64,000 nucleotides of DNA from an uncultured Actinomycetota bacterium. GTDB taxonomy: Bacteria > Actinomycetota > Actinomycetes > Actinomycetales > Microbacteriaceae. This document shows, one piece after another, positions 1-10,743 of this stretch (positions within the stretch are counted from its first letter, which is position 1; every line of letters starts with the position of its first letter). Below the pieces are notes generated by a model. The model was not told the DNA's origin. It made no database searches and saw only the letters and a list, made by a program, of their open reading frames with translations. The stretch lies in contig CAVQUZ010000001.1 of the NCBI GenBank assembly GCA_963716965.1, positions 524,061 to 588,060 of the forward strand, read 5' to 3'. Made by a program: the position numbers and the translations under genes.

Positions 1-1
1 A

Positions 2-310
2 CGACAGGTCTACGTCTCGCCCGCGGTCGAGACCTACATCCTCTCCATCATCACCGGCACACGCAGTCATCCCGACATCCGGCTGGGCGCCAGCCCCAGG
101 GCGAGCCTGCATCTGGCGCGGGTGGCCATGGCGACGGCGCTGCTCGAAGGCCGTGATTTCGTGCTCCCCGACGACGTCGCCGCGCTCGCCGAACCCGTGC
201 TCGCGCACCGGCTCGTCCTGCGGCGACGATCCGGTGACCGTGACGTGACCGAGACCGCGCTTCGGCTCGTCCGCGAAGTGGTCGCCGCGACCGACGTGCC
301 GATCCGCTGA
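2..310 (+). CDS. MoxR-family AAA+ ATPase, C-terminal part (5' end outside window)
   Basis: Frame 2 is open from the window edge. The C-terminal helical lid motif ...ASLHLARVAMATALLEGRDFVLPDDVAALAEPVLAHRL... is typical of MoxR. Its TGA sits just before the GTG of the following DUF58 gene. Confidence 0.75.
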   Translation, partial: RQVYVSPAVETYILSIITGTRSHPDIRLGASPRASLHLARVAMATALLEGRDFVLPDDVAALAEPVLAHRLVLRRRSGDRDVTETALRLVREVVAATDVPIR

Positions 311-312
311 CC

Positions 313-1419
313 GTGGCAGCCGCGCCCGACGGATCACCGATCCGGCTCACCCCGCGTGGCTGGGTCGTGGCAGGCGGCGGTGTCGTGACCTTCCTCGCCG
401 CCTATGCCGTCGGCTGGCGCGAGCTCCTCGTGGTCGCCGTCTTCGCGTTCGGTGTGCTGGCCGTCTCGCTGGCAACGGTGCTCGTCACCCGCGCGACCGT
501 CACAGCGGAGCGCAGGGTGGAGCCGGTCGTCGTCTCCCCAGGGGAGACGGCCGTCGTCGCCCTGATGCTCGAGGGACCCGGCACCGTCCGCTGGCGCGAT
601 CCGCTGCCGCCTGGACTCGTCTCCGACACCGGTTCGGGGACGGTCGACCTCGACGGCCGGCGCGTGCCGGTGGATTACCGGCTCACGGCCAGGAGCCGGG
701 GCTTGCACGAGATCGGGCCGCTGCGGATCGACCTCGTCGACGCCCTCGGCCTGATCTCACTCCGCCGTCCGGCGACCGGCACGACTCCGCTCACGGTGCT
801 GCCGCGGGTGCATCAGCTCAGCGATCTCGGCGACGGGTCCTTCGGGTCCGGCATGCTCGACCACCCCGCCGCCGGCATCGGGGCGGACCAGCGGGACCTC
901 ATCCCGCGCGACTACCGCGACGGCGACAGCCTGCGGACGATCGACTGGCGGGCGACCGCGCATCGCGGCGGCCTCATGGTGCGGTCGGAGTCCCGCGCCG
1001 AATCGGCGTCGACCGTGCTCGTGCTCGATCAGCGGATCACGACGTGGGTGGGGGAGCACGACTTCGAGGTCGGCATCGAGTACGTCGCCTCCCTCGCGGC
1101 CGCGAGCGGGCCGAGTGCCCGCCTGGTCGTCGGGGACGGCATGGTCGAAGCCGCGCCTGCGGTGCTGCGGACCCTCGCCGGCGTCGAGCGCTCGGTGAAC
1201 GCCGCGCGCCTGCCTGCGATGGTCGATGCGGCATCGGGGCCGATCGGCGCGGTGTTCATCGTGACCGGCGCGGGCGCCGCCGGTCATCTCGCCGGCCTGC
1301 CGGAGCCGCCGTCAGGCGCGACCGGGACGATCGTCTTCGTCGGGGGCGGCGCACGCGTCAGCGCCCCGCTGGGATGGCGCGTGCAGATCGTCGATCCCGA
1401 TCGGGCCGGCCGTGGCTGA
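313..1419 (+). CDS. DUF58 (VWA-like) protein, the usual partner of MoxR
   Basis: 368-aa ORF with a GTG start just after the MoxR stop. It has an N-terminal TM pair and the DWRATAHRGGLMVRSE motif characteristic of DUF58. Confidence 0.8.
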   Translation: MAAAPDGSPIRLTPRGWVVAGGGVVTFLAAYAVGWRELLVVAVFAFGVLAVSLATVLVTRATVTAERRVEPVVVSPGETAVVALMLEGPGTVRWRDPLPPGLVSDTGSGTVDLDGRRVPVDYRLTARSRGLHEIGPLRIDLVDALGLISLRRPATGTTPLTVLPRVHQLSDLGDGSFGSGMLDHPAAGIGADQRDLIPRDYRDGDSLRTIDWRATAHRGGLMVRSESRAESASTVLVLDQRITTWVGEHDFEVGIEYVASLAAASGPSARLVVGDGMVEAAPAVLRTLAGVERSVNAARLPAMVDAASGPIGAVFIVTGAGAAGHLAGLPEPPSGATGTIVFVGGGARVSAPLGWRVQIVDPDRAGRG

Positions 1420-3730
1420 CGCGGCACACCGTCCGCGGGTCCGGCTGGGGGAGACCGCGGTCCGCGTCGCGTCGTTGCTCACCGTGCTGTGCGCCGCGAG
1501 TGCGATCGCGCCGCTCGTCACCGGGCTCGCATGGACGCTCGTCCCGGTGCTGGCCGCGGCCTTCGCCGTGACGGTCGTCGCGATCGCGTCACGGCTCGGC
1601 ATGCCGCCGATCCCCGCTGGCATCGCCGCGCTCGCCGCGCTCCCGCTGTTCGCGGTCGCGGACGCAGGCGGCGGCAAGGGCCTGCTCTGGGTGCTGCCGT
1701 CGGATGCGGCGGCACGGGCCGTCGACGCGGCGCTCGCCGCGGGCGGGAACCAGATCGCGACCGATGCGGTGCCGACCATCCCGTCGACCGGACTGGTGCT
1801 GATCATCGCGCTCGGTGTCGCGGCCGCCGCGGTCGTCGCCGACGTCGTCGCCGTCGGGTACCGCCTGCCGCTAGGCGTCGTGCCGGTCGCCGGCGCGATC
1901 GTGATCGCGCCGGGTCGGATCCTGCCGGTCGGCATCGCGTGGCCGGCGCTCGTGGCCACGGGGATCGCGCTGCTGCTGCTGCTCGCCGCCGACCGCCGCC
2001 GGGCAGGTCACCGCCCGCATCCGGCAGCGCTCGCCGCCCTCGTCGCCGGCTCGCTCGTCGTCGCCGCGCTCGGCACGACCGTCCTGCCGGTGCCCTCGGC
2101 CGCCGTGTCGTCGGGCAACGGTGGCCTCATCGGGCCGGGAGCGGACCCGCTCCTGAAGCTCGGCAGCGATCTCAGGCAGGGCGCGGCCACGGATCTGCTT
2201 CGGATCACGACGACGTCCACCGCACCGGCCTACCTGCGCCTGGCGGTCCTCGAGCAGTTCAGCGGGCAGACGTGGCAGCCGAACGACGCGGGGTTCACCC
2301 AGCTCACCGACGGCGCCACGGCACCGCACGCCTCAGGTACCGACACCGCCGGCTCCCGCGGCGTCAGCACCACCGTGGACGTCATCAACGCAGCGGCCGT
2401 CGGCCGATGGCTGCCCCTGCCGTATCCGACGACGACGGTCAGGGGACTCAGTCAGGTCGCGGGCTTCTTCTGGGAGAACCGCGGCCTGACGGTCGAGCGC
2501 GGCGCGACGAGCACGCCGGTCACCGGCTACACCGCATACAGCCTCGAACTGAAGCAGACCGCCGACCAGCTCAAAGCGGTCACGGGCACGCCGGCTCCCG
2601 CCTTCGACGACGCATCCCTCAGCCTGCCGGCCAAGGTGCCGTCCGTCATCACGCGGACGGCCCGTTCGTGGACCAAGGGCGCGACGGGACCGTACGCCGA
2701 GGCCCTGGCGATCCAGAACCACCTGGCCGGCGGTGACTTCACCTACGACGTCAACGCGCCCGTGACTCAGCACTTCGACGGTGACGGCCTCGCGGTCATC
2801 GCGAAGTTCCTCTCCGTCAAGGCCGGCTACTGCGTGCATTTCGCCTCGACCATGGCGGTCATGGCTCGCATCCTGGGCATCCCCTCCCGTGTCGTGGTCG
2901 GCTACCAGCCCGGCACGAGCACATCCGTCGCCGGGCGGGTGGAGCAGGTGGTCTCGTCCAACGACCTGCACGCCTGGCCCGAGCTGTACTTCGGCGGAGT
3001 CGGCTGGGTCCGGTTCGAGCCGACGCCCGGACGCGGTGTCACGCCGAGCTACGCCCCGCTGCCGGTGTCGGCCGGCGGACTCGTCACCGGCCAGACGTCG
3101 GGCGCGACGCCGGGCGCGTCGGCAGCACCCAGCGCCAGGTCCAACGTCGAGACCCCGCAGACCGCGGCCGAGGCGGCGAAGCAGCAGCACGCCGCAGCGG
3201 GGGCGGGGCTCACCGCGGCCGCCGTGCTGCTCGGCGTGCTGCTGATCGGCGCGGTGCCGTTCGTCATCCGGCGCCTGCGCCGCCGCCGCCGCCTCGCCGC
3301 CGTGCGCACGAGCGGATCCGCCGCCTCCGGCTGGAACGAGGTCATCGACACGGCGACCGATCTCGGACTCCATCCGCCCGGCCGGGCGTCGCCCCGAGCC
3401 GTCGAAGCGGCCCTGGCCGCCGAGGTCGGAGCGGACCCCGCACTCACCCGACTGCGGACGGCGTACGAGGCGAGCGCCTACGGCGCCGAGACGTGGCGCA
3501 TGCAGTCGGGCGATGTCGCCGCGGTGCTCACCCGGATGCGCGGTGCGGCACCGGCCGGCCGGCGCGTCGCGGCGGCTGTCGCACCCCGCTCCCTCCTTGG
3601 TACGATCGGCGGGTCGCGACTGGCGTTCAGGTGGTCACCACCGGGGAGCGACGAGACCACGAGAGCCGCACGCCTGGGCCGCACGACCGCACCCCGTCGC
3701 CCGTCACCCAGGAACAGGAGTCGGCAATGA
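1412..3730 (+). CDS. Transglutaminase-like domain membrane protein (DUF3488/TGase family)
   Basis: 772-aa ORF overlapping the DUF58 stop. It has a multi-TM N-terminus and a TGase core Cys/His region ([29 protein letters not shown] ... [21 protein letters not shown]). A late TM segment is followed by an RRLRRRRR stop-transfer stretch. Confidence 0.8.
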   Translation: MADAAHRPRVRLGETAVRVASLLTVLCAASAIAPLVTGLAWTLVPVLAAAFAVTVVAIASRLGMPPIPAGIAALAALPLFAVADAGGGKGLLWVLPSDAAARAVDAALAAGGNQIATDAVPTIPSTGLVLIIALGVAAAAVVADVVAVGYRLPLGVVPVAGAIVIAPGRILPVGIAWPALVATGIALLLLLAADRRRAGHRPHPAALAALVAGSLVVAALGTTVLPVPSAAVSSGNGGLIGPGADPLLKLGSDLRQGAATDLLRITTTSTAPAYLRLAVLEQFSGQTWQPNDAGFTQLTDGATAPHASGTDTAGSRGVSTTVDVINAAAVGRWLPLPYPTTTVRGLSQVAGFFWENRGLTVERGATSTPVTGYTAYSLELKQTADQLKAVTGTPAPAFDDASLSLPAKVPSVITRTARSWTKGATGPYAEALAIQNHLAGGDFTYDVNAPVTQHFDGDGLAVIAKFLSVKAGYCVHFASTMAVMARILGIPSRVVVGYQPGTSTSVAGRVEQVVSSNDLHAWPELYFGGVGWVRFEPTPGRGVTPSYAPLPVSAGGLVTGQTSGATPGASAAPSARSNVETPQTAAEAAKQQHAAAGAGLTAAAVLLGVLLIGAVPFVIRRLRRRRRLAAVRTSGSAASGWNEVIDTATDLGLHPPGRASPRAVEAALAAEVGADPALTRLRTAYEASAYGAETWRMQSGDVAAVLTRMRGAAPAGRRVAAAVAPRSLLGTIGGSRLAFRWSPPGSDETTRAARLGRTTAPRRPSPRNRSRQ

Positions 3731-5034
3731 CCGATCTTCGTGCCAGCACCAGCCCGTCGACAGCGGCCGCCTTCTCGGCGCCGCTCTCGGAGGTCGACCC
3801 CGAGATCGCCGAGGTGCTCGCCCTCGAGCTCGGCCGTCAGCGCAACACGCTCGAGATGATCGCGAGTGAGAACTTCGTGCCGCGCGCGGTGCTGCAGGCG
3901 ACGGGCAGCGTCCTCACGAACAAGTACGCCGAGGGCTACCCCGGCCGCCGGTACTACGGCGGATGCGAGTTCGTCGATGTCGCGGAGGAATTGGCGATCG
4001 CCCGCGCGAAGTCGCTGTTCGGTGCCGAGTTCGCGAACGTGCAGCCGCACTCCGGCGCGACCGCGAACGCGGCGGTCCTCGCGGCGCTCGCCGAGCCGGG
4101 CGACACCATCCTCGGACTGGAGCTCGCGCACGGGGGGCATCTCACCCACGGCATGCGGCTGAACTTCTCCGGCAAGCTGTACACCGCGACTGCGTACGGG
4201 GTCGACCCGAACACCTTCCGCATCGACATGGACACGGTCCGTGACGCCGCGCGCGAGCACAAGCCCTCGGTGATCATCGCGGGCTGGTCGGCCTACCCAC
4301 GGCAGCTCGACTTCGCGGCGTTCCGCGAGATCGCCGACGAGGTCGGCGCGAAGCTGTGGGTCGACATGGCGCACTTCGCGGGACTCGTCGCCGCCGGACT
4401 GCATCCGTCCCCGGTCCCGTACGCGGACGTCGTCTCGACGACCGTCCACAAGACGCTGGGCGGCCCGCGCTCCGGTCTCATCGTCGCGCGCAGCACCGAG
4501 TACGCCAAGAAGCTCAACTCGGCCGTGTTCCCCGGTCAGCAGGGCGGCCCGCTGATGCACGTGATCGCCGCCAAAGCGACCGCACTGAAGCTCGCCGCGA
4601 CGCCCGAGTTCGCCGAGCGACAGCTGCGGACACTGAGCGGCGCCCGCCTGCTCGGGGAGCGGCTCACGGCGCCGGACAGCCGGGCGGCAGGGGTCGACGT
4701 GCTCACGGGAGGCACCGACGTGCATCTCGTCCTCGCCGACCTCCGCGACTCGGCCATCGACGGCAGGCAGGCCGAGGACCGGCTGCACGAGGTCGGCATC
4801 ACCGTCAACCGCAACTCGGTCCCGTTCGATCCGCGTCCGCCGATGACGACCTCCGGTGTGCGCATCGGCACGGCGGCGCTCGCCACCCGCGGCTTCGGCG
4901 ACGCGGAGTTCACGGCGGTCGCCGACATCATCGCCCGCACGCTGCGGACCGACGCGGACCTCACCGCGCTGCGCGGCGAGGTCGAGGACATCGCGGCCCG
5001 CTTCCCGCTCTACGCAGGGCTCGAGGACTGGTGA
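3727..5034 (+). CDS. glyA: Serine hydroxymethyltransferase
   Basis: ATG at 3727 after a GGAG-like RBS. The protein matches SHMT throughout ([37 protein letters not shown], the PLP-lysine region [15 protein letters not shown]). Its stop overlaps the folD start. Confidence 0.95.
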   Translation: MTDLRASTSPSTAAAFSAPLSEVDPEIAEVLALELGRQRNTLEMIASENFVPRAVLQATGSVLTNKYAEGYPGRRYYGGCEFVDVAEELAIARAKSLFGAEFANVQPHSGATANAAVLAALAEPGDTILGLELAHGGHLTHGMRLNFSGKLYTATAYGVDPNTFRIDMDTVRDAAREHKPSVIIAGWSAYPRQLDFAAFREIADEVGAKLWVDMAHFAGLVAAGLHPSPVPYADVVSTTVHKTLGGPRSGLIVARSTEYAKKLNSAVFPGQQGGPLMHVIAAKATALKLAATPEFAERQLRTLSGARLLGERLTAPDSRAAGVDVLTGGTDVHLVLADLRDSAIDGRQAEDRLHEVGITVNRNSVPFDPRPPMTTSGVRIGTAALATRGFGDAEFTAVADIIARTLRTDADLTALRGEVEDIAARFPLYAGLEDW

Positions 5035-5930
5035 CGGCCGTCGTCCTCGACGGCACCGCCACCGCGGCGGCCGTCAAGGCCGAGCTCGCCGAGCGGGTCG
5101 CCGCGTTGCGGGCCGCCGGTCACATGCCGGGTCTCGGCACCCTGCTGGTGGGAGACGATCCCGGGTCACGCGCCTACGTCGCCGGCAAGCACCGCGACTG
5201 CGCGGACATCGGCATCGAATCGATCCGGATCGACCTGCCGGGCGACGCCTCCACCAAGGACGTCCTGGACGCGATCGGCCGCCTGAACGCCGACACCGCG
5301 GTCACGGGCTTCATCGTGCAGCTGCCGTTGCCCGCCGGCATCGACGAGCAGGCGATGCTCGAGGCCATCGACCCGCTGAAGGACGCCGACGGGCTGCATC
5401 CGCTCAACCTCGGCCGGCTCGTGCTCGGCGTCGACTCGCCGATCGACGGTCCGTTGCCCTGCACACCGCTCGGCATCCTGCAGCTGCTGCACCGCGCCGG
5501 GGTGCCGATCGCCGGCAAGCACGTCGTGGTCATCGGCCGCGGGCTGACGGTCGGCCGGCCGCTCGGGCTGCTCCTGTCCCGGAAGGGCGTCGACGCCACC
5601 GTGACGCTCGCGCACTCGCGCACGACCGACCTGCCCGGACTCGTCGCGCAGGCGGACATCGTCGTCGCCGCGGTCGGCGTGCCCGGTCTCGTGAAGCCCG
5701 ACTGGGTGAAGCGGGGGGCCGCGGTCCTCGACGTCGGCGTGACGCGGGTCGTCGACCCCGCGACGGGCAGGGCGAAGCTGCGCGGCGACGTCGATCAGGG
5801 GGTCGCCGAGATCGCGGGCCACCTGTCACCGAACCCGGGCGGCGTCGGCCCGATGACCAGGGCGATGCTGCTCGCCAACGTCGTCGACGCCGCCGAGCGC
5901 CTGCTGGTCTCGACCGGGACCTCGGCATGA
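5031..5930 (+). CDS. folD: Bifunctional methylenetetrahydrofolate dehydrogenase/cyclohydrolase
   Basis: GTG at 5031 in a GTGA overlap with the glyA stop. 300-aa protein with FolD motifs ([63 protein letters not shown]). Confidence 0.95.
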   Translation: MTAVVLDGTATAAAVKAELAERVAALRAAGHMPGLGTLLVGDDPGSRAYVAGKHRDCADIGIESIRIDLPGDASTKDVLDAIGRLNADTAVTGFIVQLPLPAGIDEQAMLEAIDPLKDADGLHPLNLGRLVLGVDSPIDGPLPCTPLGILQLLHRAGVPIAGKHVVVIGRGLTVGRPLGLLLSRKGVDATVTLAHSRTTDLPGLVAQADIVVAAVGVPGLVKPDWVKRGAAVLDVGVTRVVDPATGRAKLRGDVDQGVAEIAGHLSPNPGGVGPMTRAMLLANVVDAAERLLVSTGTSA

Positions 5931-6847
5931 CGCTGCCGACCGGCGAACAATACGTTCTCAGCCGCGAGGGGCCGCTCGGCGAGGTCACGGCGGTCGTCAC
6001 CGAGCTCGCGGCCGGCGTGCGGCGCCTGTCGGTCGGCGGCGTGGAGCTGGTGCAGGACTACCCCGCGGGCAGCCTGCCGAGCTCGGCCAGCGGCATCGTG
6101 CTCATGCCGTGGCCGAACCGTGTCGCGGGTGGCAAGTGGACGCTCGACGGCGCCGTCCAGCAGCTCGACATCACGGAACCCAAGTACGGCAACGCCTCGC
6201 ACGGGCTGCTGCGCAACACCGGCTATCAGGTGACCGATCAGAGCGCATCCGCCATCACGCTGTCCGCGACCGTGTTCCCGCAGCACGGCTACCCGTTCCA
6301 CCTCGACACGTCGGTCCGCTACCAGCTGACCGAGGACGGGGTCACCGTGATGCACGGCGTGCACAACGCGGGGGAGGCGCCAGCGCCGTTCGGCGTCGGC
6401 ACGCATCCGTTCCTGCGTGTCGGGGACACGCCGGCCAGGCAGTTGACCGTGACCGTGCTCGCCGACCGGTACTACGAGGTCGACGAGCGCAAGATCCCGG
6501 TCCGCGCGCTGCCGGTCGACGGCACCCCCTTCGATCTGCGCGGGGGCCGGTCGCTCGCCGACGCGGACCTCGACACGGCGTTCACCGGACTGCGCACGAT
6601 CGAGGGCCGCTTCCGCCATCGGCTCACCGCCCCGGACGGCCGAGGTGTCGAGCTCTGGGCGAGCCGCGACTTCGGGACGACCCAGGTGTTCGTGACCGAC
6701 GTGTACGCGACCGACGACGGCCTCATCGACGCGGTCGCGATCGAGCCCATGACGTGCGCGCCGAACGCCCTCAACTCCGGCGACGGCCTCATCTGGCTCG
6801 ACCCGGACGACCAGTGGATCGGCGACTGGGGCATCCGCCTGATCTGA
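5927..6847 (+). CDS. Aldose 1-epimerase (galactose mutarotase) family protein
   Basis: ATG in an ATGA overlap with the folD stop. 306 aa with typical mutarotase segments ([38 protein letters not shown]). Confidence 0.85.
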   Translation: MTLPTGEQYVLSREGPLGEVTAVVTELAAGVRRLSVGGVELVQDYPAGSLPSSASGIVLMPWPNRVAGGKWTLDGAVQQLDITEPKYGNASHGLLRNTGYQVTDQSASAITLSATVFPQHGYPFHLDTSVRYQLTEDGVTVMHGVHNAGEAPAPFGVGTHPFLRVGDTPARQLTVTVLADRYYEVDERKIPVRALPVDGTPFDLRGGRSLADADLDTAFTGLRTIEGRFRHRLTAPDGRGVELWASRDFGTTQVFVTDVYATDDGLIDAVAIEPMTCAPNALNSGDGLIWLDPDDQWIGDWGIRLI

Positions 6848-6851
6848 CCGA

Positions 6852-6945
6852 GCCGCACACCGAATCACGTCAGATCTGGTCCTGCCGCGCCGGATCACGC
6901 GGATCGGAGGGCCGTCGACGCCCGATCTGACGTGATTCGGTGTGG
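6852..6945. terminator. Long inverted repeat (stem about 19 bp, loop about 50 bp) between convergent genes; putative bidirectional terminator
   Basis: caccgaatcacgtcagatc ... gatctgacgtgattcggtg is a perfect inverted repeat. It lies directly after the epimerase stop and before the 3' end of the minus-strand small membrane protein gene. Confidence 0.5.
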
Positions 6946-6946
6946 G

Positions 6947-7165
6947 TCAGTCGTCGTCGGTGTGCGGGTGCAGGCGGCGGTAGACCCGTGCGGCCAGCAC
7001 CACGCCGACGACGCCGATCGCGAAGCCGAGCACCGAGATCGACGCCCACACCGCCTCGACGAGGTTGTCGAGGGTCGCCAGTTGGGCGATCGTGCCGATG
7101 CCGACGACGAGCACCCCGGCGATCACGAGCGCGACGGCCGGCCGGTAGGCGGGATGCAGGCGCAT
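6947..7165 (-). CDS. Small two-TM membrane protein (hypothetical)
   Basis: 72-aa ORF with two hydrophobic helices and a charged tail. It lies downstream of and co-oriented with the DUF3054 gene. Coding is uncertain. Confidence 0.4.
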   Translation of the reverse strand: MRLHPAYRPAVALVIAGVLVVGIGTIAQLATLDNLVEAVWASISVLGFAIGVVGVVLAARVYRRLHPHTDDD

Positions 7166-7189
7166 GCCGCCAGGGTAGGCGAGCGGCGC

Positions 7190-7576
7190 TCAGCCGATCG
7201 CGCGTGCGCGGCGGCGGGACGTCGCGATCGCGGTCGACGTGCCGCGCCAGCCGAGCAGCAGGATCGAGAGTGCGATCGTGGCGACGATCACGAAACTGAG
7301 TTGCACGCCCTGCTTCGACGCGAGCCGAAGCAGCATCCCGACGGCGACCGTGGCGACCACGACGACGACTCCGACCGGCCAGACGGCGGTCGGCCGGCGC
7401 ATCCGCAGCGTCGCGAGCCAACCGATCAGCAGCCCCGATGCGAACGGCCAGAGGGTGCGCAGGATGCCGGTGACCGCGTCGTCCTCCGCGTGCGACCGCC
7501 GACCGATCAGTACGAACACGAGGACGCCGGCGAGATCGGCGAGGAAGGCGAGTATCGGACGGCGCACGTCGTCCAT
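7190..7576 (-). CDS. DUF3054-family membrane protein
   Basis: 128-aa ORF MDDVRRPILAFLADLAGVLVFVLIGRRSHAED... with four predicted TMs, the characteristic DUF3054 architecture. It is the only sensible part of the long 7190..9142 minus ORF. Confidence 0.7.
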   Translation of the reverse strand: MDDVRRPILAFLADLAGVLVFVLIGRRSHAEDDAVTGILRTLWPFASGLLIGWLATLRMRRPTAVWPVGVVVVVATVAVGMLLRLASKQGVQLSFVIVATIALSILLLGWRGTSTAIATSRRRARAIG

Positions 7577-7644
7577 TCTCGCGGTGTGACGAACACGAAA
7601 CGCGCCGGGCGTAGCCTCACGCCGATCAGCACGAAGGAGACCGA

Positions 7645-8686
7645 CATGGCGTTCGAGGTACCCGCGATCGACATCGCCCCGTACGTCGCGCAGGGGACCG
7701 TCGCGGACCGCGCCGCGGTGGCCGCAGCGGTCGACGAGGCATGCCGGACGGTCGGCTTCATGCAGATCCACGGCCACGGCATCCCCGCGGCTGCCACCGA
7801 AGGCCTGGCGGACGCCATGGACGAGTTCTTCGGCCTCGACCTCGAGACGAAGAAGGCGTACCGGCTGCCACCGAGCCTGAACCGCGGCTATTCGCCGCCG
7901 AAGTCCGAGTCGCTCAGTCTCTCCCTCGGCGTCGAGAGCGCGACGCGGATGAACGACTTCTTCGAGGCCTTCAACATCGGTGCGACGGCCGACGACTTCC
8001 CCGGCCTCGACCTGCCGGGCGACGACTACGCGGCCAACCTCTGGCCGCCCGACGCCCCCGGATTCCGGTCGCCCGTCGAGGCGTACTTCCGGGAGGCGCA
8101 GCGGGTCGCCGTGACGATGACACGCATCTTCGAGGACGCGCTCGGGCTCGACCGCGGGTTCTACGACCGGTTCGCCGACCATTCGCTCGACGTGCTGCGC
8201 ATGAACAACTACGCGCTGCCGCCCGGGCGTATCGAACTCGACGGCGACCTGACCGGCATGGGAGAGCACACCGACTTCGGCATCGTGACCGTGCTGTGGG
8301 CCGACCGCGTGCGCGGCCTGCAGGTGCTCGGGCGTGACGGGTCGTGGAACGACGTCAGTCCCGACCCGGGTGCCCTGCTCATCAATCTCGGTGATCTCAC
8401 CGCCCGCTGGACGAACGAGCGCTGGCAGTCGACGCTGCACCGAGTGAAACCCCCCATCGTGCACGGCACGATCGAACGGCGGCGTTCGGCGGCGTTCTTC
8501 CACGACGGCAACATCGACGCGGTGATCTGCACCATGCCGCAGTGCGTCGACGACGGGCACCCCGACCTCTACGAGCCGATCACGGTCGGCGAGCACATCC
8601 GGGCGAAGCTGGCCGGTTCCCGGGCGGGAAGGTCGAACGAGGCGGCCGTGCGCGAACGCCGACGGGTGCTCCAGAGCGACCGCTGA
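7645..8686 (+). CDS. 2OG-Fe(II) oxygenase (isopenicillin N synthase-like family)
   Basis: ATG preceded by a GAAGGAGA RBS. It has an N-terminal non-haem dioxygenase region, a HxD...H iron-binding pattern (GEHTDFGIVTVLW ... STLHRV) and a C-terminal RRSAAFF motif. Confidence 0.85.
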
Positions 8687-8765
8687 CCAGCATTTCGTGC
8701 ACGTCGGCGAGGTGCGGGCGTGTTGCTGCCGTGTCCGATCGGTCAGACGGGTTTCACTGGATGTC

Positions 8766-9611
8766 ATGGGGGCACTCGGACTGAGCATCGGCTCGGCGCT
8801 GTCGTACGGCGCGTCGAGCTTCTTCGACGTCATCGGCGGCAGCAAGCGGCCCGCGCTGCAGATGACGATGCTCACGTTCGCCGCCGCGCTCATCGTGGCC
8901 GTGCCGTCCGCGGTCGTGGGCATGCCGGAGTTCTCGGCGGCGGCGATCTGGTCGGGCGTCGTGGCCGGGGTGCTCGGAACGATCTCGACCTGCCTGATGT
9001 ATGCCGCGTTCGCGCTCGCGCCCGTCGGATTCGTCGCACCTGTCGCGAGCTTCGTGACCGTCGCGGTGCCGCTGTGCTGGACGCTCGCGATGGGGCAGCG
9101 GGTGAGTCCGACGCTGTTCGCCGCGGTCGGCATCGCCATCATCGCCTCGGCCGCGCTCGGCGTCGATCAGCAGGGCTCGACGCGGCCGACGGTGAAGGGC
9201 ATCGTGGTCACGATCCTGGCGGGGCTCGGGGACGCGGCGTGGCTGATCACGCTGTCCCTGTCGCCGGCGAAGTCGGGTGGGATCCCGGCGGCCGCCGATG
9301 CGATCACGGGCTTCGTGGTCATCGTCGCCGTCGCAGCCGCCTTCGGCCGTGCACGCGGGTCGGGCCGGCGGATCGGCGACGGCGGCATCGTGCTCGCGAG
9401 CGGCCTGACGCAGGGTGCGGGGACCGTGCTGCTGGTGTTCGCGCTGCACAGTCACGAGCTCGCGACGGTGGCAGGGCTGTTCAGCCTCTACCCGGCCGTG
9501 ACGCTGCTGCTCTCGGTCCTGCTGCGACGGGAGCGATTCACCGCCGAAGGCGGTTTCGGGGTGTCGCTGGCCGCCGCCGCGCTCGGGCTGTTCGCGGTCG
9601 TCAACGCCTGA
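8766..9611 (+). CDS. Polytopic membrane protein (DMT/EamA-like superfamily)
   Basis: 281 aa with about 10 hydrophobic helices and a two-fold internal repeat, the EamA-like architecture. The start was chosen at the first ATG in frame. Confidence 0.55.
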   Translation: MGALGLSIGSALSYGASSFFDVIGGSKRPALQMTMLTFAAALIVAVPSAVVGMPEFSAAAIWSGVVAGVLGTISTCLMYAAFALAPVGFVAPVASFVTVAVPLCWTLAMGQRVSPTLFAAVGIAIIASAALGVDQQGSTRPTVKGIVVTILAGLGDAAWLITLSLSPAKSGGIPAAADAITGFVVIVAVAAAFGRARGSGRRIGDGGIVLASGLTQGAGTVLLVFALHSHELATVAGLFSLYPAVTLLLSVLLRRERFTAEGGFGVSLAAAALGLFAVVNA

Positions 9612-9619
9612 CCGCGGTC

Positions 9620-10216
9620 TCAGCGCATCGTCGGCGGCAGGTTCCAGTGCAGGATCGCACGGTGACTGTGCTCGAAGCCGAGTTCGCACCGCGCGGCCGT
9701 GCCGAGTGCCAGGCGTGAGCCGAAGTCCATCGACTGCCGCAACCAGGCCACGGCGAAGACGCGTGACACATGGCCGTGCGCGACGAGCAGCACGTCCTGG
9801 CCCGCGTTCACGACCGGTGCGACCCGATCGATGACCCGGGTGACGCGCGCACGGATCTCCTCGGGGGACTCGCCACCCGGTCCGCCGTCCTCCCACAGGT
9901 CCCAGTCCGGGCGCTCCGCGAGTATCTCGTCGGTCGTGCGGCCCTCGTCGGTGCCGTAGTCCCATTCGGCGAGGTCGGGGGTGATCGCCGCGTCGTCGCC
10001 GAACCCGGCGAGCGCGACGGTCGTCCGCGCACGCACCCTCGGGCTCACGAGCACGAGGCCGAACGTCCGACGGGCGAGCGCGTGACCGGCCGCCCTCGCC
10101 TCGGCCTCGCCCTCCTCGGTGAGCGGCAGATCGGTGACACCGGTGTGCCTGCCGCTCTTCGACCACTCGGTCTCGCCGTGTCGGAGCAGGACGATTCGGC
10201 CTCGGTCGACGTGCAT
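9620..10216 (-). CDS. Histidine phosphatase family protein (phosphoglycerate mutase-like)
   Basis: RIVLLRHGETEWSKSGRHTG is the catalytic RHG motif region, and the second His is in LLVAHGHVSR. About 198 aa. Confidence 0.8.
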   Translation of the reverse strand: MHVDRGRIVLLRHGETEWSKSGRHTGVTDLPLTEEGEAEARAAGHALARRTFGLVLVSPRVRARTTVALAGFGDDAAITPDLAEWDYGTDEGRTTDEILAERPDWDLWEDGGPGGESPEEIRARVTRVIDRVAPVVNAGQDVLLVAHGHVSRVFAVAWLRQSMDFGSRLALGTAARCELGFEHSHRAILHWNLPPTMR

Positions 10217-10278
10217 CCGATTAGCCTCGCAGACAGGCGGGTCGCGCCGATGCGGCCTGTGCACCGAAGGGAGCCATC

Positions 10279-10743
10279 ATGGCCGTCATCGTCGCGGGCG
10301 TCACCGGTCCGCACGCGAGTGCAGTGGTCGGCGTCGCCGCCGAACTCGCTGCGGCGCTCGATGCGTCTCTGGCGTGCGTCTGGGTGGACGTCACCAGGAT
10401 TCCGATGTCGGGCGTCGCGTGGTCGATCCCGATCGACCCGGAATCGGACGACGCGGGCGAGCCGCAGTTCCCGGCCGATCTGACCGAGCAGATCGAGGGG
10501 GCGCTGCACGGGCTGCCGATCCGGTGGACCGCGCATGCCGTCACCGGCGACACGGCGCTGTCGATCATGCGCATCGCCGACGACGTCGACGCCGCCCTGA
10601 TCGTCGTCGGGGCCCGTGACAAGGGTGCGCGCGCGGCGTTCCGCGAGTTCGTCGAAGGGTCGGTCGCGGTGTCGCTCGCCCACCGGCAGTTCCGACCCGT
10701 GGTCGTCGTGCCGACGAACCCCGAACGCGCGGGCCACGCGTGA
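10279..10743 (+). CDS. Universal stress protein (UspA family)
   Basis: 154 aa with a C-terminal UspA ATP-binding-like signature (ALIVVGARDKGARAAFREFVEGSVAVSLAHRQFRPVVVVP). Its TGA overlaps the GTG of the next gene. Confidence 0.8.
   Translation: MAVIVAGVTGPHASAVVGVAAELAAALDASLACVWVDVTRIPMSGVAWSIPIDPESDDAGEPQFPADLTEQIEGALHGLPIRWTAHAVTGDTALSIMRIADDVDAALIVVGARDKGARAAFREFVEGSVAVSLAHRQFRPVVVVPTNPERAGHA

Noticed and set aside
7190-9142. 650-aa ORF on the minus strand
   Set aside because: Only the last 128 codons (7190-7576, DUF3054) make sense. The rest is antisense to the well-supported 2OG oxygenase and EamA-like genes and has the Arg/Pro/Gly-rich composition typical of spurious open frames in 70%-GC DNA.
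10217-10278. Possible fluoride riboswitch upstream of the UspA-crcB genes
   Set aside because: The 60-nt leader shows none of the conserved crcB-motif elements. No riboswitch is called.
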